Below are positions 57,831 through 64,000 of a stretch of DNA of 64,000 nt, one piece after another (the stretch's first letter is position 1; each line of letters begins with the position of its first letter). The position numbers and the translations under genes are program-made. Source of the stretch: Eledone cirrhosa. Its lineage: Eukaryota. Where the stretch lies: positions 27,900,001 through 27,964,000 of the forward strand of contig OZ024753.1 of NCBI GenBank assembly GCA_964016885.1, read 5' to 3'. The notes below the pieces were generated by a model, which saw nothing but the letters and a program-made list of their open reading frames with translations, did no database searches and was not told the DNA's origin.

Positions 57831-59072
57831 AATATATAAACATACATGCACAAACATTTGTCTTCTTTTTTTTAGCATCCATACGTCTGGTTAGACCATG
57901 GATTTCACATGGAAAGTCGTGCGACAGTCTGTTAGTAGAACATGGTGAGTTAACTATGGAGTATCTTCTCCAGCATGTATTCCGGGCAAGGTTCAATCAA
58001 TACCATACACATTTATTGTCTACTCTTGGTGCCAGTACGGTTGCAATCATTGACTGAACAAAGTTTAGAACACCAGTTTGCTTTATCGACACCCAGCTCC
58101 TAATCTTTAGTTGATTAATGTGCATGAATGAATGGGTGTATATGTGTGTGTATGTATGCCTAATGATCAGCAAGTTGTGAATGAGCTCTATATTTGTAGA
58201 AGAGGTACATATTTACATTATCATGTTACTCACTGTGTAGATCAGCTTTTTAAAACATGAATACCTGAAGAACACAGAACAGATGTAGTGATATTTTATC
58301 TCAAATGAAATGACCTGTCCAGGTATGAAACCAGATGGTAATCAATATAATGATTTCTTTATATAATAATAATAATGATTTTGGTAATCAATATAATATC
58401 ATATAATATCACACTCAGATGTTGGTGTAGATATGTGTTTATGTGTGTATGTTTCTCTGCAGTGTATGCCTGTATCCTTCTGTTTTTATTAGCTTTTTTT
58501 CCTCATTTTTTTCCTCACATATGCCTGCATTTACAATACATGAAATGTACTGAAATGTGTAGGTTTCCAAGTGTTGACAGATATTTTTCAACATAGATAT
58601 CATTTCTAAGTAACTGGTTTACAAACTAGGTGAGTTTTTGTTTGGTATTTTAGTATATATCTTCTTTTTGTGTGATTGTGGCTGGGTGGGTGTCTGATCT
58701 GTGGTTATCCAACATTCTCTTAAATCCTTGCCAGATTTCTTGAAATTTGGTCTCTAAATAAATTGCCAGTTATACTTAGTATAGGTTAGGCATCTGTCAT
58801 GAATTTAATCCATCACCTTGTTTATTGGTTAACTATTATTTCATTCAATAGTCATAAATTTATGGCATTATGACATTAGTTAGTAATTTGATTATATTTG
58901 TTATTTTATTATCATTAGCTATGGCCCTTTACGTTCTAGGTTCAAATCCCGCTGAGGTTAGATTAGCCTTTCATCCATACGGAGTTGATAAAATAAAGCA
59001 CCGGTACTGCACTGGCCTTGTGCCGAAATCAAAAACCATTATTATTAATTATTATTGTTAATCTTATTTCAA

Positions 59073-59258
59073 GGCGGTGGATTGGCAGTGTCGGTAGAGG
59101 GTCGGACGCCATGCTTTGATGTATATAGTTATGGCCCTTGCCATTCTGAGTTCAAATCCCGCCGAGGTTAACTTTGCCTTTCATCCTTACGGGGTCGATA
59201 AAATAAAGTACCAGTAATGTACTGGGTAATTACTGGCCTTGTGCCAAAAGTAGAAACA
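59073..59258 (+). mobile_element. Young SINE family A
   Basis: Full length, with an 18-bp TSD ATTATTGTTAATCTTATT. Confidence 0.9.
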
Positions 59259-60374
59259 ATTATTGTTAATCTTATTACTTTTGAGTTTACCATTTCGTCT
59301 AAGACTCTCTCTCTCTGTATATATATATATATATATATATTTATATGTGTATATATATCATCATCATCATCATCGTTTAACGTCTATCTTCCATGCTTGC
59401 ATGGGTTATTATTGTTATTACTTGTTTTATACATGGATATACTGGATATATTACATGGTCTGAAACTGGATTCAGACACCTGATTGGCAATCCTATATTG
59501 AACCAATGAAAATGTATATACAGGTAAATATTGTAAATATACACTTTAATGGTGAGGTTCATTGTCCATAATTTTATAATTTTAACTAATGACTAAGTTT
59601 AAATTCTGGTATGGATAACTTGTTTGTGTTTTATGTTTGTGTGTATTTAAGTATTTTCAATCGACCATCATATCAGCTATGTGAAGAGGTGATCAAGTAT
59701 TTGTGCCTACATAACCACAATATTTACAATGGGTGCTTTACAACGGAACTACTAAATACCATCTTTCATTTTTGCTTTAATCTATAACAGAAACAATTTG
59801 TAATTTACATGAGAACTTGCCATCACTACAAGTGTTGGAAAGGAATGAAGATTACTATTTCATAGTGTGTAATGGAAGAGAGCAAAAAGTATGAATTTAT
59901 TCAATATTGCAACTTTCACTATATCTGTGTTATAAAGTGACCTTCATCTCCTTTCAATACCTGAACTTCAGATGTGTTTGAACTTTAAAATGTTTGTATA
60001 ATCCTTAAGATATACTTCATAAAATTTTGAAGTTCAATCTTCAATCATTTTTGCTTTATCAGTTCTTTGTTGTTGTTTTTTTTCAATTTATTTTATTTTA
60101 TTAATTAATTTGAAATTTTAAACAAAAGCAAATTATGTTTTTAACATTTTCATAAATTAAAATTCAGGTTAGAGGAGATTGGTGACATTTTAATTTAAGA
60201 TTTGAACTTATATCAAAATTTTCAAATAAGATTCATTTTTTTTTATTGATATTATTGTTGTTATTATTATCATAAAGAAATCATTATTATCATTCATAAC
60301 ACTTTTGCTCAGGCAGATATTATACTGGCACTATACCAAAGGAGCAAGCCATAGCCATTTGCCCTTTGGGTCAT

Positions 60375-61700
60375 TCCTTCTCTTTCAACTTTCTAAGACC
60401 CTCCTTAGAATCCTTGCTGTTCCTAGCAAGGCTGTTTTCTGCAACAATCCCGTCCTGGTGGTCATTCCTAGCTTCTCAAGCCATGCATCCTTTTACAAAC
60501 TGCTCCTAGTGTGCCAACCACAATCAGTACCGATTTTAAACCAGAATTTAAAGCTAGTCTTTAGTTAAAATTATAAAATTATGTCAACTCAGTCTTCCAA
60601 CCATCCATACTGCTCACCAGAAACTATCTAACGTTAGCTGCATTTCCAAACATTCCACTATCCAACTATGTGGCACCATATCATAAGCCTTGCAGTAATC
60701 TGCTCTTCATTTACCGTAGTAATCTTCTTTCTCCTGATATTGTACTTCCTATTAAGTTGTTCAATCTTTCCCCTTTTTCTTAATTCACCTCATTTTTCCC
60801 TTTCCAGAATATTAATATCTTTCCTAAGTATTATATTTTGATGTCCGCTTCAATTCTCTTTTTCCACCATGGTTGCTTAATCTGCTTTAGTGCAGTCTGT
60901 TTCAGACCTAACTCTTTAGCAATGTAGATACTTGCAGCGCTGATGATGAGATTGCTGGTTTCTGTGATGGTTCTAGTTGACACCTTGTCAAGGATGTTGT
61001 TTACTTTGTTAGTTATTTCTTCTAACTGACGTTGGTTTACTTTTTTTAAATTTATTGGATTACTGCCTCCTGATTTAGAGATCTCTAATATTTCAGTAAT
61101 CATTTGTCTGTCTTTATCTGATATGTACTTCAGTTAGTGTTAGTGTCACCTCCATCATCTCGAGTGTTCAGTTCCACTTCTTCCTGTTGGATTCCATCAT
61201 TTTCCATACTCTCATCTCTATTTCAATCCCCAATATCCTGAGCTTCTATATCCTCCACACCCTCAAGACTTATCTTTCTCTTTATTATTTCAATCTCCAT
61301 CTCAGATAGCCATCCATTTTATGTATTGCCCTTGTTTTAAGGTTCCACCACAACCAGTGTTTTTTTTTTTGTTTTTTTTCTTGAGACACCATCTCTAGAG
61401 GGTGATGTAAATGACTTTAAGGGGCCTCAAACCTTACAATTGAAGTGAGCTATCCTGTGCTGGTCACCAATCCAGTATTTTATATTCTGTAGCTGCAGAT
61501 TTTACAAATATTTGGATGGCCGTTGACCCTCCTGTGTTCCTCCGACTTTTCCCAGGCTTTGTTTTTCATCATGCAGGGTGTCCAAAAACCACCCTCCTCA
61601 CCAAGCAAGCTTTATGGGGGTTGCTGGTTTAGTCACTGATGACTCAACCATACAACAGGTTGTACTGGGTCACATGTTAGAAGTAGTGCTCAAGAGTGAC
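60375..61700 (-). pseudogene. Internally deleted R4/Dong-like non-LTR retrotransposon
   Basis: N-terminal ...[13 protein letters not shown] fragment (60831-61103) joined to the C-terminal WLEKLGMTTRTGLLQKTALLGTARILRRVLES. Confidence 0.65.
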
Positions 61701-63028
61701 TTGACTCAAGTTAGTATTATTATTATTTGGCAGTATTAGTTGGGCATCGGACACCCTGCTTTGCTACATACAGTTACAGCCTTTATGTTCTGAGTTCAAA
61801 TCTCGCCAAGGTTAGCTTAGTCTTTCATCCTTACAGGGTTGATAAATAAAGCACCAATAATGCATTGGGGTTGATTTAATCGACTTTCCCCTCTCACCAG
61901 AATTGTTGGCTTTATGCCTAAGTCAGAAATAATTATTATTACTGTTATCATTGATTCCAAAATAATTTTTTAGTTTTATTTATTTATTTTACCAATTGAT
62001 TGGTGTTAAAATTTAATTTCAGTTTTCAGTGTTTTTCCTTTAAATTTTCAATTCACTTTCCACTACCACTACCATTGCTCTCATCTTAATTATTCGCTTT
62101 ATGAACAAAGACAGAATCAAAAGTAAAAAATAAACATTTCATTTCCATAAATATGAAATCTTAAAATAAACAATTTTTGTTGCTGTTGAGTTTTTTAAAA
62201 CATAAAAATCAAAAATTAACATGTACTCACACATATTCAAAAGTTATGTCTTCATTTAAAATTTCTCCTTGATTTCAACTTATTTCTCATTAATTTCATC
62301 TCAATGTTTCAACATTACATTCTTTAAACATTTTTTCTATTTATCTAATTACTTCATTAGTTTGCTTTGGTTTTGTTTTTATTTTTCTTTGTTTCATCCT
62401 ATATTAATAATGGTGCTTTGAACTGAAAGAATATATATATATGCAATACATATTGGAAATTGGAAAGATCAATATATCCCAGTGATTGTTAGTTTCAGCT
62501 CACAATTTTTCAAACTGAGTGAATATTTTGTGAGATTCAAGATATATTTATAAGAAATAGAGTCTTCTATTGAGAATGTAGTGTGTGGGGATTGTAATAG
62601 AGGGAGCTAGTGATTGGCTGCAGTTGAGAAGTTAAAAGGGTACATAGGGTGGTCTACAGTGACAAGTTTAATTCTTGTTATGAGGAAGAAATACCATAGA
62701 CTAGCATGTTATCCAGGACGAGATTTATCTCTCATTTGCTCAACCAGAGATAAACTCCCCATCTCATGGGTGCTCATGTTTGATAAAAGGATTTAGATAT
62801 TTTTATTTTGTTTTGTTTTAAACTCTGACCTCATAAACCCAGTCCTAAATGTGATAAGACTTAAACATATGGTTTAACCCTTAAGGTATTATGTTGTTAT
62901 AATGAATTAAAAATTATAGGGGAAACTTGAAGATGCAATCAACCCCTTCAACCCCTTCTTTATTATAAATTTTATTCTACAAACAGTATTGAGTCCTTTT
63001 ATTGCTTAAAAACACTAATATATATTAC

Positions 63029-63073
<45 letters not shown>

Positions 63074-63259
63074 TATATAGTTTATTGGTGTGTAACGTTT
63101 AATTACAATTGGTTCACCAGATTGAGCACTCAGTGCCATTATGGGTCGGTCTGGTTGCTGATGGGGTATTCTATATTTGGTATTACACCATGGTCAGTAT
63201 CCTTAAGGAACAGAGTGTTAGTAAAATTAATGAATACCAGGAATGAAGTATCAATATAC

Positions 63260-63476
63260 CGGTGGATTGGCAGTATCGATAGAGCATCGGACAACATGCT
63301 TTGCAGCATAGAGTTATGGCCCTTAACAAGCTGAGTTCAAATACCGCCAAGGTTAGCATTGGCTTTCATCCTTACAGGGTTGATAAGATAAAATACCAGT
63401 AATGCATTGGGGTTGATTTAATCGACTTCCCCCTCCCCAAAAAATTGTTGGCCTTGTGCCTTAATCAGAAACCATT
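63260..63476 (+). mobile_element. SINE family A (long-tail variant)
   Basis: Head, B-box and core present. A similar copy lies at 61728-61935. Confidence 0.85.
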
Positions 63477-63480
63477 ATAT

Positions 63481-63680
63481 TTATTCACATGTGAAATGGA
63501 TTTTGTGATCGATCAGCTCAAGGTGCAATCAGTATTGATCATGCCCAACACTGGAATCAATAGCTCAACAGGCTAGAGAAACCACAAGTCTGATGAGCTA
63601 TCGATTCCAAAGTTGGGTGTTATCAGTACCGTTCATACCGTGAGCTGATGTATCATGAAACACGTGTCATGTGTAAATAA
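63481..63680. repeat. Imperfect ~90-bp-arm hairpin (MITE-like)
   Basis: atcagctcaagg...cccaacactggaatcaatagctcaacaggct pairs with agtctgatgagctatcgattccaaagttggg...ccgtgagctgat across a ~12-nt loop. Confidence 0.75.
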
Positions 63681-63949
63681 ACATAATGTTATATTGATAC
63701 TCTGTTCCTGCTCCTTATTATTATTATTATTATTATTATTATATGTGGGTGTGTATATGCATGTATATATAGTATATATACCTAGACTAGAAATAGGTAG
63801 TAGCTTAACCACTACCATGCTAGTTGATACATCGATCTTCCATGATCAATCGCCCCTCTGAAATGATCGTAAAACAATGAACTAGCTTACTACCTACGTC
63901 AGACTTCTGTCTTTTTTTCATTGTTCTATGCACAAACACATGTATATAG

Positions 63950-64000
<51 letters not shown>

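Overview
AT-rich, microsatellite- and transposon-dense eukaryotic DNA, most likely from an octopus. The only convincing host gene is a Shaker/Kv1 voltage-gated K+ channel, with T1-S1-S6-C-terminus on one exon (+, splice acceptor ending 28466, stop 29898). Its first coding exon was not located with confidence. Residue spacing matches the heavily A-to-I recoded octopus Kv1.1 (N40, S54, N105, I167, I321), and all five codons are in the unedited genomic state. The rest is satellites (related 65-bp and 51-bp arrays, a 71-bp array rich in AGGTCA half-sites), tRNA-derived SINEs, LINE relics (R4/Dong-like, Tx1-like, RTE-like), a deleted mariner, several MITE families and long (TA)n blocks. The most unusual signal is a set of fold-back elements embedded in (TA)n that carry type I hammerhead-ribozyme motifs, including a two-headed one at 37337-37836. 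Perfect (TA)n-seeded palindromes are also present. Nearly all short ORFs in the supplied track are low-complexity artefacts.
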